Source of the DNA: an uncultured Pseudomonadota bacterium
GTDB lineage: Bacteria; Pseudomonadota; Alphaproteobacteria; Rs-D84; CACZYB01
Direction: 5' to 3'
NCBI GenBank assembly: GCA_902785275.1
Contig: CACZYB010000002.1
Span: 99,495 to 163,494, forward strand
DNA length: 64,000 bases
Shown here: positions 20,427-31,069 of the stretch, in pieces
How positions within the stretch are numbered: position 1 is the first letter of the stretch
How the letters are laid out: each line of letters begins with the position of its first letter
Notes under the pieces: model-generated
Databases searched by the model: none
The model's input: the letters and a program-made list of their open reading frames with translations, nothing else
Told to the model about the DNA's origin: nothing
Program-made: the position numbers and the translations under genes

Positions 20427-21740
20427 TTATTTTCCCAAACAAAACGACGAAAAAATCTTATCCAAAAGTTCGTTGAAATAGATTTTTCCAGTGATGTTTC
20501 CAATTTCATCACTTGCAAGTCTAAGGTTTTCTGCCTTTAAATCTATTTCCTTTTCTTTTATCGCAGTTTTAAGAAATTCGATACAGTTCAACAAAGCATT
20601 TTTATATCGTTGTTGAGTAAGTGTCGCATCTCCAGAATTTTGCATTTTTGACTTTATCTTTTTTGTAAATGCATTCCAAAACTTGTTCCAATTTTCCCCA
20701 CTTTTTACAGATACAGGAATAATGTTTTTTGGAAGATTTTCAATTTGTTTTTTATCTATTTTATTAAATAGAACAATGGTATTGTCATCAACTTTTTTCT
20801 CATCATACGAACGAATACCATCAATCATATAGATTTTTATATCCGCCTTTCCAGCAATATCCAACGCCTTCTTTATACCTTTTTTTTCAATCTTATCATT
20901 TGTTTTTTCGTTAAGTCCGGCCGTATCAGAAATATTAACTTTAAATCCATTTATATCCAAACTTGCATCAACAACATCGCGTGTTGTTCCGGCAATATTT
21001 GAAACAATAGCCTTATTTTCGCCAATAATTTTGTTAAAGATTGATGATTTTCCAACGTTCGGTTTACCAATAATCGCAACCTTTAACCCTTGTTTGATAA
21101 GTTGCGCCGATGATGCAGTTTCAATGTGCTTTTCAATTTCAGAAATTAATTTTTTCAATTCCGCATCATTTTTTTGCATTACATCTTTTGGCATTTCATC
21201 ATCGGAAAAATCAATCGAAGCCTCACACCACGCAAGTATTTTTACAAGCTTTTCTCTCCATGAATTATAAAGCTTTGACGCCTCACCATTTGTATTGGAG
21301 AGAGCAAGCTTTCTTTGAGATTCAGTTTCCGCATCAATCAAATCGGCAATCGCTTCTACTTGTGTTAAATCAAGTTTATTATTCAAAAAGGCTTGCTTTG
21401 TAAACTCGCCATTTTCTGCCAATCTTGCATCTTTGAATTGAGATAATGCTTCGTAAATACTATCAATAACTGCAATACTTCCATGTGTATAAAGTTCAAC
21501 CGTATCTTCACCAGTATATGATGCAGGTCCCTTGAAAAACACCGCCATACAGCTATCTAAAAGTACACCTGTTTTTGGATGGTAAATGTTTGCAAACTTC
21601 ACCACATTAGGCTGAAACTTTTTTCCATTACTAAGTTTTGAAAGTATATCATATGATGCAGGTCCAGAAATACGGAAAACAGAAACGCCTGCTTTTCCGT
21701 ATGCTGAACTAAGAGCAAAAATAGTATTTACAGATTTCAT
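20427..21740 (-). CDS. mnmE: tRNA modification GTPase MnmE/TrmE
   Basis: TIFALSS, SYTGED, GKPNVGKS, GTTRD, DTAG and terminal FCLGK. Confidence 0.97.
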   Translation of the reverse strand: MKSVNTIFALSSAYGKAGVSVFRISGPASYDILSKLSNGKKFQPNVVKFANIYHPKTGVLLDSCMAVFFKGPASYTGEDTVELYTHGSIAVIDSIYEALSQFKDARLAENGEFTKQAFLNNKLDLTQVEAIADLIDAETESQRKLALSNTNGEASKLYNSWREKLVKILAWCEASIDFSDDEMPKDVMQKNDAELKKLISEIEKHIETASSAQLIKQGLKVAIIGKPNVGKSSIFNKIIGENKAIVSNIAGTTRDVVDASLDINGFKVNISDTAGLNEKTNDKIEKKGIKKALDIAGKADIKIYMIDGIRSYDEKKVDDNTIVLFNKIDKKQIENLPKNIIPVSVKSGENWNKFWNAFTKKIKSKMQNSGDATLTQQRYKNALLNCIEFLKTAIKEKEIDLKAENLRLASDEIGNITGKIYFNELLDKIFSSFCLGK

Positions 21741-24131
21741 TTATTCTTTAATTTCCTTAATTTTCCAAATGTCTTTTGCATAACTTTTTATTGTTCTATC
21801 GGAAGAGAAGAAACCAGAATTTGCAGTATTTATAACAGACTTCTTCCACCATAGTTTTTCATTTCTGTATGCTTCATCAATTTTTAACTGAGTTTTAACA
21901 TAAGAATCAAAGTCAGCAAGCAACATATATTCATCGTTATTATTAAAGAATGCATTCATCAAATTTTTATATCTAGAAGTATCCCCATGTGAAAATGCTC
22001 CTGTTAAAATTTGTGTAATGATTCTTTGAATTCTTGGGTTATTATTGAAAAATTCTTGGGCATTATAACCACGTTCTTTCATATTGTAAACTTTCTTTGC
22101 AGTCAAACCAAATATGAAAATATTTTTCGAACCAACCTTGTTTTTAATTTCAACATTTGCACCATCAAGTGTTCCTATAGTAAGCGCACCATTAAGGGTG
22201 AATTTCATATTTCCGGTACCACTTGCTTCTTTACCAGCAGTTGAAATTTGTTCACTAAGTTCGGTTGCGGATATAATAGTTTGTGCTTTATCAATGTTGT
22301 AATTTGGAATGAATACAACCTTTAATAAATCCTTGCAATGTCTGTCATTATTAACAACTTTTGCGACATCATTTATAAGGGTGATTATTTCCTTTCCAAC
22401 GGTATAGTTTGGATGAGCCTTCCCAGCAAACAAATAAATTTTTGGTTCTAAGCCATCAACTTCGCCATCAATAATTCTGTTATATCTATCAATTACTTGA
22501 AGTATGTTTAAGAACTGACGTTTGTATTCATGCATACGTTTTATTTGTGAATCAATCATAAAGTCAGGGGAAAGTTTTAATCCCAAATCATTCTTTATAA
22601 GTTGCATTAAATCAAGTTTATTTTCAAACTTTACCTTACGCCACTTTTCCAAAAAGTTTACATCATTTTTGTATCGTAAAAGTTTCTTAAGATAGTTCAA
22701 ATCAGTAATCCACTTATCCCCAATCGTTTTTGTGATAAGGTTTGAAAGCCTTGGATTTGCTTCCAAAAGCCATTTTCTTTGAGTAATACCATTTGTTTCA
22801 TTTATAAATTTTCTTGGGAAAAGTTCACTAAACAATGGGAACTCTTTTTTCTTTAAAAGTTTAGAGTGAAGTGCGGCAACTCCGTTTACCTTATGTGTCG
22901 CAACGATACAAAGATTTCCACAATTAATGTATCCATATTTGTAATTTACAATTTCAAGACTATTTAATTTGAAATCAGCAACAGTTCTTTTTGCTATATT
23001 GATAAAGTTTTCATTAATCTTTTCAATAATAGCAAAGTGATAAGGAAGTTCAGATTTAAACAAATCTATGCCAATTTTTTCCAAAGCTTCGGCAAGAAGA
23101 GTGTGATTAGTATACGCACAAATGTTGTACATCTTTTTATACGCATCATCAAATGAAAAACCATACTCGTTCATTAAAATTCTAATTATTTCAGGAATTG
23201 CCAATGTTGGATGTGTATCATTTAACTGTACTGCTAAAAACTTATCAATCACAGATATATCAAACCCAGTTTTTTTGAAACGTTCAAATAAATCTTGGAT
23301 TGATGCAGAAACAAGCAAATATTCCTGACGAAGCCGTAATCTTTTTCCTTCTTCTGTTCCATCAGGTGGATATAAAAAGTCAGTTATATTTGTGATATTT
23401 TTCTTCAAATCAGGTTTTGTTTTATCGGATCTTTCTGCTTCCCAAAGTCTTATTCTTAAGACATCCTCATTTCCATATCCGGCAAACAAAATATCATTTG
23501 CATATGCTTTTACTTTCTTTGATGGTGTCCACTTCATATCTTCCAATCTTGATGAAGAATTAAGTTTTCCACCAAAGCCAACCATATATGAAATATCTTT
23601 TCTTCTATCCAATGCTGGATTTTGTTTTTCAAGCCATAAGTCTGGTGTTTCAACTTGCTTTCCATCTTTTATTAATTGTTTATAAATGCCACATCTGTAT
23701 AAAAGTCCATAACCAAAAGCAGGGTAGGAAAGTGTTGCTAAAGAGTCAAAAAAACATGCGGCAAGTCTACCCAAACCACCATTTCCAAGTTGTGTTGATG
23801 GTTCCAATGCCAAAACCTTTTCTAAATCTACACCAAAAGATTTAAATGCCTTTCTAAAACTTTCCTTTACTTCCATATTAAACAAAGTTTGGTTTGAAAG
23901 CTTTCCAATCAAATATTCCATAGAAAGGTAAGCCATCATCTTGTTTTTACCATTAAGTATGTTATGTTCGGTAATATCAGCCATATCGACAAGTTCGTCG
24001 TTAATCATATTTGTAAATGCAATATACCAATCTTTTATAGTGGCATTTTTCAAATTTTTCTTTGTTGTTTCCTTAAGGAAAAAGCTTAATCTTTCTTTCA
24101 AATATTTCTGATTTGTTAGCTGTTTTTGCAT
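21741..24131 (-). CDS. glgP: Glycogen/starch phosphorylase
   Basis: LGNGGLGRLAAC, LNDTHP, HEYKRQ, EASGTGNMK motifs. Confidence 0.97.
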   Translation of the reverse strand: MQKQLTNQKYLKERLSFFLKETTKKNLKNATIKDWYIAFTNMINDELVDMADITEHNILNGKNKMMAYLSMEYLIGKLSNQTLFNMEVKESFRKAFKSFGVDLEKVLALEPSTQLGNGGLGRLAACFFDSLATLSYPAFGYGLLYRCGIYKQLIKDGKQVETPDLWLEKQNPALDRRKDISYMVGFGGKLNSSSRLEDMKWTPSKKVKAYANDILFAGYGNEDVLRIRLWEAERSDKTKPDLKKNITNITDFLYPPDGTEEGKRLRLRQEYLLVSASIQDLFERFKKTGFDISVIDKFLAVQLNDTHPTLAIPEIIRILMNEYGFSFDDAYKKMYNICAYTNHTLLAEALEKIGIDLFKSELPYHFAIIEKINENFINIAKRTVADFKLNSLEIVNYKYGYINCGNLCIVATHKVNGVAALHSKLLKKKEFPLFSELFPRKFINETNGITQRKWLLEANPRLSNLITKTIGDKWITDLNYLKKLLRYKNDVNFLEKWRKVKFENKLDLMQLIKNDLGLKLSPDFMIDSQIKRMHEYKRQFLNILQVIDRYNRIIDGEVDGLEPKIYLFAGKAHPNYTVGKEIITLINDVAKVVNNDRHCKDLLKVVFIPNYNIDKAQTIISATELSEQISTAGKEASGTGNMKFTLNGALTIGTLDGANVEIKNKVGSKNIFIFGLTAKKVYNMKERGYNAQEFFNNNPRIQRIITQILTGAFSHGDTSRYKNLMNAFFNNNDEYMLLADFDSYVKTQLKIDEAYRNEKLWWKKSVINTANSGFFSSDRTIKSYAKDIWKIKEIKE

Positions 24132-24225
24132 TTTATTTTCCCCTCTCGTTATTTATAAAAATAATATAGCATATTTTTTTATTTTGTGCTATAATTATTT
24201 TACATTAAAAATCAAGTGGAGATTT

Positions 24226-24642
24226 ATGATGGAAAAAATTTCACAAAAACAAGAAAATTTAACTGAACAAGAAAAAATAAATATTGTAAGAAATTATTTT
24301 CATGGTATCGAAGATCAGATGTATCTCTTCTTTGTTGAGCTTGCTGATATAAAGCTTAAAACCGGTGAAGCTCAAAGTTTTTATCAAGCTGTTGATATCC
24401 TTCTTAAGGAACGTCTTGGTGCAACAAAAAATAAATCTAAACCAACCTCTGTAAATGATGTTGAAGATCAAGCAAAAGATTTGCTTGAATTTAAAAATAC
24501 TTCAACAAAAATCAATTTTGAAGAGGCAAAAAATAAACTTGATGGTATTTTTTCTCAAATGAAAAAAGATGCTTCTGAACATCCAATCGTTGGTGAAAAA
24601 ATGGATATAAAAAATATTATCATCACAGGTAACGGTAAGTAA
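24226..24642 (+). CDS. Hypothetical protein
   Basis: ORF with GGAG RBS before ATG 24226; ends 2 nt before addA. Confidence 0.65.
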   Translation: MMEKISQKQENLTEQEKINIVRNYFHGIEDQMYLFFVELADIKLKTGEAQSFYQAVDILLKERLGATKNKSKPTSVNDVEDQAKDLLEFKNTSTKINFEEAKNKLDGIFSQMKKDASEHPIVGEKMDIKNIIITGNGK

Positions 24643-24644
24643 TA

Positions 24645-27600
24645 ATGGATGATAATTCTTTATTGAATCAAAAAATTGCCGCAAATCCAAATTTTTCTGT
24701 TTGGGTTTCTGCCAGTGCCGGAACCGGAAAAACAACCGTCCTTGTAAATCGACTTTTGCGATTATTTTTAAATGATGTGGAACCAAGCAAGGTTTTATGT
24801 CTTACCTATACTAATGCCGGTGCCATAGAAATGCAAAATCGTATCTATAAAAAAACACTCGATTGGGCAACAATTCCGGATGAAGATTTAAAAAAAGAAT
24901 TAAATAATTTATTGGATGATAAGGATGAAAGTTTCGATTTTGATGAGCTTTTTTCAAAGGCAAGAAAACTTTTTTCAAAACTTATTGATAATCCAATGCC
25001 TCTTAAAATCTATACAATACATGCTTTTTGCCAATCTATACTAAAGCGTTTTCCAATAGAAGCTTGTATCACTCCTCATTTTAAAATTATTGAGGACAGC
25101 GAGGTAAAAAATTTACTAAACGAAGCCTATCAAAAACTTATTCACACATTGAAAAATGATAAAACTATTGACTATGTCGATGTGTTTAAAAGCTTTACTT
25201 ATCTGATGCAAAACACACCGGAAATCGAGTTCGATAATCTTGTTGAAACCATTGTCGATGGCCGTGAACATTTCTTTGAACTTTGCCAAAAGTATAAAAC
25301 AAAATCTAAAATGTTAGATTATCTAAAGTCAAAGATTTTTGGTAATTCCCAATACGCGAATGAAAGTTTTCTTAACGATATAAATTTATTTAAGGCAAAC
25401 ATTTTAGATCATATTCCATCTGGCTTTATTGATAATTTAAAAAGGGTTCTTTCCGTTGATAATGGAAAAAAATCATTGGCAAGATTGAATTTAATTTCAA
25501 CCTTTTTACAGGAAAAAAATATCTCAAAAAAATTTGATGTTTATAAAAAGATTTTCCTAAATTCAGATGACAGTATTCCAAAGGATTGCATACTTAACAA
25601 AAAATCCATAAATGAAGATATTAAATTTGTGGATAATGTTTCACGTGAAACAATTCGTATACGGAATGCCGTTGAATTTATAAATTCGATTGAAATTTAT
25701 AACGCAACATCATCTGTCCTTGATATCGGTTTGACTCTTAATACTATATATGAAGGACTAAAGAAAAAACGTGGCGTTATGGACTTTACAGACCTAATAA
25801 CAACCGTAAAAAATTTGTTTGATAAGGATAATATAAGCTCTTGGATTTTATATAAACTTGATGGCGGAATATCACACGTTTTGATTGATGAGGCACAGGA
25901 TACTTCGCCTATCCAATGGGAAATTGTTGATAAATTGACTGAGGAATTTTTCACCTCTGGTAGCGATAAAAAAAATGTAAAAAGTCTTTTTTCTGTGGGT
26001 GATAGAAAACAATCAATCTTTAGTTTTCAGGGGGCTAACATAAAACTTTTTGAAAAATATAAAAATCATTTCAAGGAAAGAATTGAGTTTGAAAATTACC
26101 CATTTTTTGATTTACCGCTTAATCGTTCTTTCCGTTCCTGTAAAAATATTTTGAATACAGTCGACGATGTGATAAAAAATTCAAACGGAGTTTTGCTTCC
26201 AAACGAAGATATTACACACATCCCAAACCGTAAGGATAGCTTTGGTCTTGTCGAAGTTTTGCCATTGGTAAAAAGTATCGAAGATGAAACAAAAAAATGT
26301 TTCAAACCACCAATAGAAAATATCAATGTATTCAATACTGATATTGAAATGGCAAATGTCTTGGCAACGAAAATAAAGTATCTACTTGATAACGAATATA
26401 TTTCTGATTCAAAAAATGATGAACCAAAGCGAGTAAGAAAAATCGAACCAAAAGATATTATGATTTTGGTAAGAAAAAGAAATCTTGTTGATAACATTAC
26501 CCGTGCATTACTTGCAAAAAATATACCTTTGGCTGGCCGTGATAAATTATCATTAAGTGACAATATTGCAATAGAAGATTTAATTTCTCTTTTGAAATTT
26601 GTCCTATTTAATTATGACGATTTGTCCCTTGCCGAAGTTTTAAAATCCCCACTTTATAATTTAACAGATGATGATTTGTTCGACCTTTGCTTTAACAGAA
26701 AAGATGAAACCTTGTATTCAATGTTGTGCAAATCCGAAAAATACAAAGATATTTCCGATGATTTAAAATACCTTATCGATTTTTCAAAAACTGCACTACC
26801 ATTTGAATTTTTTGATTATATATTAAAGGTTCAAAACAAAAGAAAGAATTTCATTTCACGTTTAGGTATTGAAGTAATTGATATCTTGAATGGCTTTTTA
26901 TCACAATGTCTTTCCTATGATAATTTGAAATTGGGAAAGTCTTTATCTGACTTTTATGAGTGGTTCTCTTTAAACGAAGTTGAAGTAAAAAGAAATATGG
27001 AACAGGTAAATAATACCGTTCGTATAATGACAGTTCACAGCTCCAAAGGGTTGGAGGCTCCTGTTGTATTTATCTATAATGCAAACGCGGTTTTGTCTTC
27101 GTCAAGGGATAGAATTATTTGGAACGAAGATTTTCCAATGTATAAAACATCCAATTTCAAGAATTCAGGAAAAGTATTTTCCGATATGATTGAAAATAAC
27201 AATAACGCAAATCAAGAAGAATTTTACAGATTGCTTTATGTTGCAATGACAAGAGCAAGAGACAGACTTTATGTCATTGGTTCGGAAAATAAAAGTAAGG
27301 ATGCAAAGACATGGTATTCTTGTATAAAAGAAAGCCTTCTTTCCAACCCAGAAACAAAAATAAACAATGATACAAAAACAAATTTTACACACGATGTTTT
27401 TGTTAATGATGAGTTTGTTGTTTTGGGTGAAAATGAAACAGGAGATATCTCAAATATAACAAAATCATCTGTCGAAATACCTTTGAATTTGCCGGAATTC
27501 TTTGATAAAAAAGAAGATGATATTCCATCGTTTAGTAAGAATATTGATGCAAAATCACCTCTTTCCCAATATGATAAAAATGAAAATTCTTCACTTTCAC

Positions 27601-28031
27601 GTGGTACAATAATTCATAAATTGTTGGAGCATATTTCAAAATTTAATGGCGAAGATGTTGAAAAATTTATTGATTTTTACCTTTCAAAAACTCAAATAGA
27701 AGATAAAAATTTAATAAAAAATAATATTCTAGAACTTTACAATAATCCAGAATATAACTTTATTTTTAATAGTAACAATTTAAGCGAAACAGAAATAATC
27801 ACATCAGAAAATGGTACATCTCAAATCTTGCGCGTGGATAAGGTCGTTTTTGATAATGATGATATCTGGATTATCGATTATAAAACTGATAAACAAACAG
27901 ATACTGTTCCATCATCATACAGAAAACAACTTGAAAAATATAAGGATGCGATTACAAAAATCTATCCAAACAAAAAAATCCACATCGCAATTTTGTGGAT
28001 AAATGATTTAAAGTTTTCAGAAATTATTTAA
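24645..28031 (+). CDS. addA: Double-strand break repair helicase/nuclease AddA
   Basis: WVSASAGTGKT, TIHAFC, IDEAQD, VGDRKQSI, MTVHSSKGLE, LYVAMTRARD and C-terminal IIDYKT nuclease. Confidence 0.93.
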   Translation: MDDNSLLNQKIAANPNFSVWVSASAGTGKTTVLVNRLLRLFLNDVEPSKVLCLTYTNAGAIEMQNRIYKKTLDWATIPDEDLKKELNNLLDDKDESFDFDELFSKARKLFSKLIDNPMPLKIYTIHAFCQSILKRFPIEACITPHFKIIEDSEVKNLLNEAYQKLIHTLKNDKTIDYVDVFKSFTYLMQNTPEIEFDNLVETIVDGREHFFELCQKYKTKSKMLDYLKSKIFGNSQYANESFLNDINLFKANILDHIPSGFIDNLKRVLSVDNGKKSLARLNLISTFLQEKNISKKFDVYKKIFLNSDDSIPKDCILNKKSINEDIKFVDNVSRETIRIRNAVEFINSIEIYNATSSVLDIGLTLNTIYEGLKKKRGVMDFTDLITTVKNLFDKDNISSWILYKLDGGISHVLIDEAQDTSPIQWEIVDKLTEEFFTSGSDKKNVKSLFSVGDRKQSIFSFQGANIKLFEKYKNHFKERIEFENYPFFDLPLNRSFRSCKNILNTVDDVIKNSNGVLLPNEDITHIPNRKDSFGLVEVLPLVKSIEDETKKCFKPPIENINVFNTDIEMANVLATKIKYLLDNEYISDSKNDEPKRVRKIEPKDIMILVRKRNLVDNITRALLAKNIPLAGRDKLSLSDNIAIEDLISLLKFVLFNYDDLSLAEVLKSPLYNLTDDDLFDLCFNRKDETLYSMLCKSEKYKDISDDLKYLIDFSKTALPFEFFDYILKVQNKRKNFISRLGIEVIDILNGFLSQCLSYDNLKLGKSLSDFYEWFSLNEVEVKRNMEQVNNTVRIMTVHSSKGLEAPVVFIYNANAVLSSSRDRIIWNEDFPMYKTSNFKNSGKVFSDMIENNNNANQEEFYRLLYVAMTRARDRLYVIGSENKSKDAKTWYSCIKESLLSNPETKINNDTKTNFTHDVFVNDEFVVLGENETGDISNITKSSVEIPLNLPEFFDKKEDDIPSFSKNIDAKSPLSQYDKNENSSLSRGTIIHKLLEHISKFNGEDVEKFIDFYLSKTQIEDKNLIKNNILELYNNPEYNFIFNSNNLSETEIITSENGTSQILRVDKVVFDNDDIWIIDYKTDKQTDTVPSSYRKQLEKYKDAITKIYPNKKIHIAILWINDLKFSEII

Positions 28032-28683
28032 TATACTTTTTTACCGGAGCATAGGTCATTCTGTGGTACTTTGTAACTCCATATTTTTCCAATGCCATCA
28101 TATGAGATTTTGTACCATAACCTTTGTTTTTATCAAATTCATATTCTGGAAAATTTTTACCAATTTCATTCAAAAGACGATCTTTCATAACTTTTGCAAC
28201 AATAGATGCCGCAGCAATAGAATACGATTTTGCATCACCAGAAACAACCGTGTGACAAGGATTTATAACCGGAGCTTTATTCCCATCAACAAGAGTTATT
28301 ACAGGTTTATTTTTAAGCCTTGGTAATAATTTTTGATATGCATTTTTCATCGCCAAAAGTGATGCCTGTAAAATATTAATTTCATCAATTACACCGGCTG
28401 GAACCGCATCATATTCAAACATAAAAATATCGTCCGGCAAAGAACAAAATTCACAAAAAATTTCTTCACGTTTCTTTTCCGAAATCTTTTTTGAATCATT
28501 TATTTTGCAAAGAAGTGTAGGGGGAAACTTTTTTTGATTTATCCAACAACATCCCGCAACAACAGGCCCAACCAAACAACCGCGTCCTGCCTCATCAACA
28601 CCCAAAACAATATCGCAACTATCTTTCATAAAAGATTTTTCAATATCAAATGAAATACTTGGGATTTTATTTATTCTAACCAT
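28024..28683 (-). CDS. rnhB: Ribonuclease HII
   Basis: GVDEAGRG, DSKK, VDGN, IAAASIVAK, NKGYGT motifs. Confidence 0.96.
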   Translation of the reverse strand: MVRINKIPSISFDIEKSFMKDSCDIVLGVDEAGRGCLVGPVVAGCCWINQKKFPPTLLCKINDSKKISEKKREEIFCEFCSLPDDIFMFEYDAVPAGVIDEINILQASLLAMKNAYQKLLPRLKNKPVITLVDGNKAPVINPCHTVVSGDAKSYSIAAASIVAKVMKDRLLNEIGKNFPEYEFDKNKGYGTKSHMMALEKYGVTKYHRMTYAPVKKYIK

Positions 28684-28690
28684 TTAACCT

Positions 28691-30622
28691 CTAAACTTCA
28701 GGATTTTCGATTTCTGATGAAGAGTCTTCTGTTGTGTTTTCAGAGCTATTTTCTATATCTTCTTCATCAAGATTTTCAGCATCTTTTTCCTTATCCTTAT
28801 CTTCTATATAATCCTCCAAATACTCCATTTCCTGAGACGAGTATTTATTTGCAGGAATATCACCCTTGCTTATATAGATAGGCCACATATCCTTTATAAC
28901 ATCATCTAAAGATTCAGAGTTTTGGTTAAGTTTGTTTCTGTAAATCCAAAAGTTTGCCATAACCCTTTCAATATAAATTCTTGTTTCTTTAAGGTTGATT
29001 GACTCGATAAAGAATAATGGATCATCATTTGGATTATTTATTCTTTCAATTTGTTTTTTAAGGTTTCCAGGACCGGCATTATATGCCACCAAAAACTTGA
29101 ATAAATTTCCATTTACCATAGGTGATGAAAGTAAATATTCAATGTACATCTGACCAACTTTAAGGTTAAGTTCTTCCTCAAAAAGCTTTGATTTTTGTTT
29201 CTTTCTAAGTGATGAATCTCGCATAATAAACGAAGCAGTTGCAGGCATAATTTGCATTAATCCTCTGGCACCAACATTTGATTTTGCCTTAGGGTTAAAT
29301 CTTGATTCCTGTCTTATAAGAGCATTAACCAAAGCCTTATCCACACTCCATCCCTCTTTCAAATCAATATCAATAGTAGGATAGGTGCAAGTCGCAAATG
29401 TATTACTGTCAGAATAATGCTTTATATAATTTGCAACATTTATTGAAAGATGAGGCATATTTGAAATTTCCGCAACAGCCAATACTGCATTGATAAGGTC
29501 ATCAGAATAGTCAGTATCTGCAGTATCAATCAAAAACTTTAATTCCTGACTTGCTTCCTCTTTCATATCAAGTTGAAGCAAAGCCAATGCACGAAGACCA
29601 CCTTGCCATGAACTTATTTCACGGGCATTTTGTATAGTAAGCAAAGGTTCTTCCCATTCAATTTCCCAATCTTTATTAAGTTTTTTTGTCGCCAAAATAC
29701 CATAGAAAGTTTTTGGATAACTTGATGCAGTTTCAAGGAATATATCACTATCATCCTTTAATTCATCATCATCAATTCGTTCATTTGCACGATAAGCCCA
29801 ATATGCACTTGCAGTCAAAATATCAACCGGAACCTGTTTTGAAAAGGCAACATTTTTAAAATAATCCCTTGATTTCAAATAATCGCCACGTCTCCAGTAA
29901 ACAAGTCCAAGTGTCCAATTCGCAAGGTAAAAGTTAAGTTGTTCTGCTGGCTCCTTTGCCCAAAGAATTGCCATATCATCATCATTTGCAAGGAAGTATG
30001 TAAAGGCAAGATATGCTTCCATCCTTAAATAATCATTCTTTGCAAAATATTTTTTACTGTTAGGATTTTCCAAAATCTGACGTGCATTTTTTGTGTATCC
30101 ACGTTTCAATCTGTTATTGAAAACCTTTAACATATAGTTTACTTCGTTTCTTTCTTTTTTAGGAAGATGTTTGTACGAGTATTGAATCATCTGGTAACGA
30201 TTTTTATAGTCGTCATTGAAATATTGCGTACGTCTTGCTCCACGTTTTATTTTATGAAGCTCTCGTTTGGCACCCTTTTGAAGGCCAAGTTTGTAAATAT
30301 CATTTGCGTTTGGCATATCATAATACTTGCTAAGCCATTCTTTTGCCTCTTTAAATGGAGTTTTGTAATAAGGGCTCATATATCTTTGATGTAGAACATA
30401 TCCCATCAAAATATCATTTTTAATATCCTTTATAGCCTTATCTGCTTCTTTAAATCTTCCCTTTTCTTGTAATTCAAAGATTTTTTTATAGTTTTTAACA
30501 TCCTGGGCATAAATTACATTAGGAAGCTTTGCCAAAGTATTTTCTGAAAAAAGACAAAGCCCTGATATAACAAATACCAAAGCACTTAAAAATTTTGAAA
30601 TTTTTAAAATAGTCTTTTCCAT
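28691..30622 (-). CDS. Soluble lytic murein transglycosylase (SLT)
   Basis: Signal peptide, helical N-terminal region, IRQES, GLMQIMPATA, AYNAGPG, ETRIYI motifs; acidic tail. Confidence 0.9.
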   Translation of the reverse strand: MEKTILKISKFLSALVFVISGLCLFSENTLAKLPNVIYAQDVKNYKKIFELQEKGRFKEADKAIKDIKNDILMGYVLHQRYMSPYYKTPFKEAKEWLSKYYDMPNANDIYKLGLQKGAKRELHKIKRGARRTQYFNDDYKNRYQMIQYSYKHLPKKERNEVNYMLKVFNNRLKRGYTKNARQILENPNSKKYFAKNDYLRMEAYLAFTYFLANDDDMAILWAKEPAEQLNFYLANWTLGLVYWRRGDYLKSRDYFKNVAFSKQVPVDILTASAYWAYRANERIDDDELKDDSDIFLETASSYPKTFYGILATKKLNKDWEIEWEEPLLTIQNAREISSWQGGLRALALLQLDMKEEASQELKFLIDTADTDYSDDLINAVLAVAEISNMPHLSINVANYIKHYSDSNTFATCTYPTIDIDLKEGWSVDKALVNALIRQESRFNPKAKSNVGARGLMQIMPATASFIMRDSSLRKKQKSKLFEEELNLKVGQMYIEYLLSSPMVNGNLFKFLVAYNAGPGNLKKQIERINNPNDDPLFFIESINLKETRIYIERVMANFWIYRNKLNQNSESLDDVIKDMWPIYISKGDIPANKYSSQEMEYLEDYIEDKDKEKDAENLDEEDIENSSENTTEDSSSEIENPEV

Positions 30623-30656
30623 CGCTAAAAGAAGATAACTATTCCCCTCCAGAAAA

Positions 30657-30929
30657 TTAACTTCTTCTTGAGTATAGCAAAGTTATAATAAAAGGCAATA
30701 CGATTATATGTAAAAATTGTTCAACAAGAACATTTGCACTTTGTCCAAGCACAAGTAAATCAAGCAATTTTACAATAAGTGCAAAAATTACTGTTGAAAA
30801 GAAAGGAGTCCACTTCTTGCTTGATAAAAATCCTGCAATAATGAAAACAATCATTCCCAAATAAATTAAGTCAGATACGTTATATCCAGGTATCATTCTA
30901 AAGATAAAAGTTTTTAATTGTGAATACAT
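30657..30929 (-). CDS. Small membrane protein, hypothetical
   Basis: 90 aa with three hydrophobic helices; AGGAG RBS. Confidence 0.65.
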   Translation of the reverse strand: MYSQLKTFIFRMIPGYNVSDLIYLGMIVFIIAGFLSSKKWTPFFSTVIFALIVKLLDLLVLGQSANVLVEQFLHIIVLPFIITLLYSRRS

Positions 30930-31069
30930 TTTTTACTCCTTTATTTTGTATTTCTAGGAAATAATGTATACCATTAAATTATTTGTGGCAAGCATATTTT
31001 AAAATTTATTTTACTTTTTACATAAAATGTGCTTTTATAGTATTAAGTAAATGAATTAAGAGGTGAATT

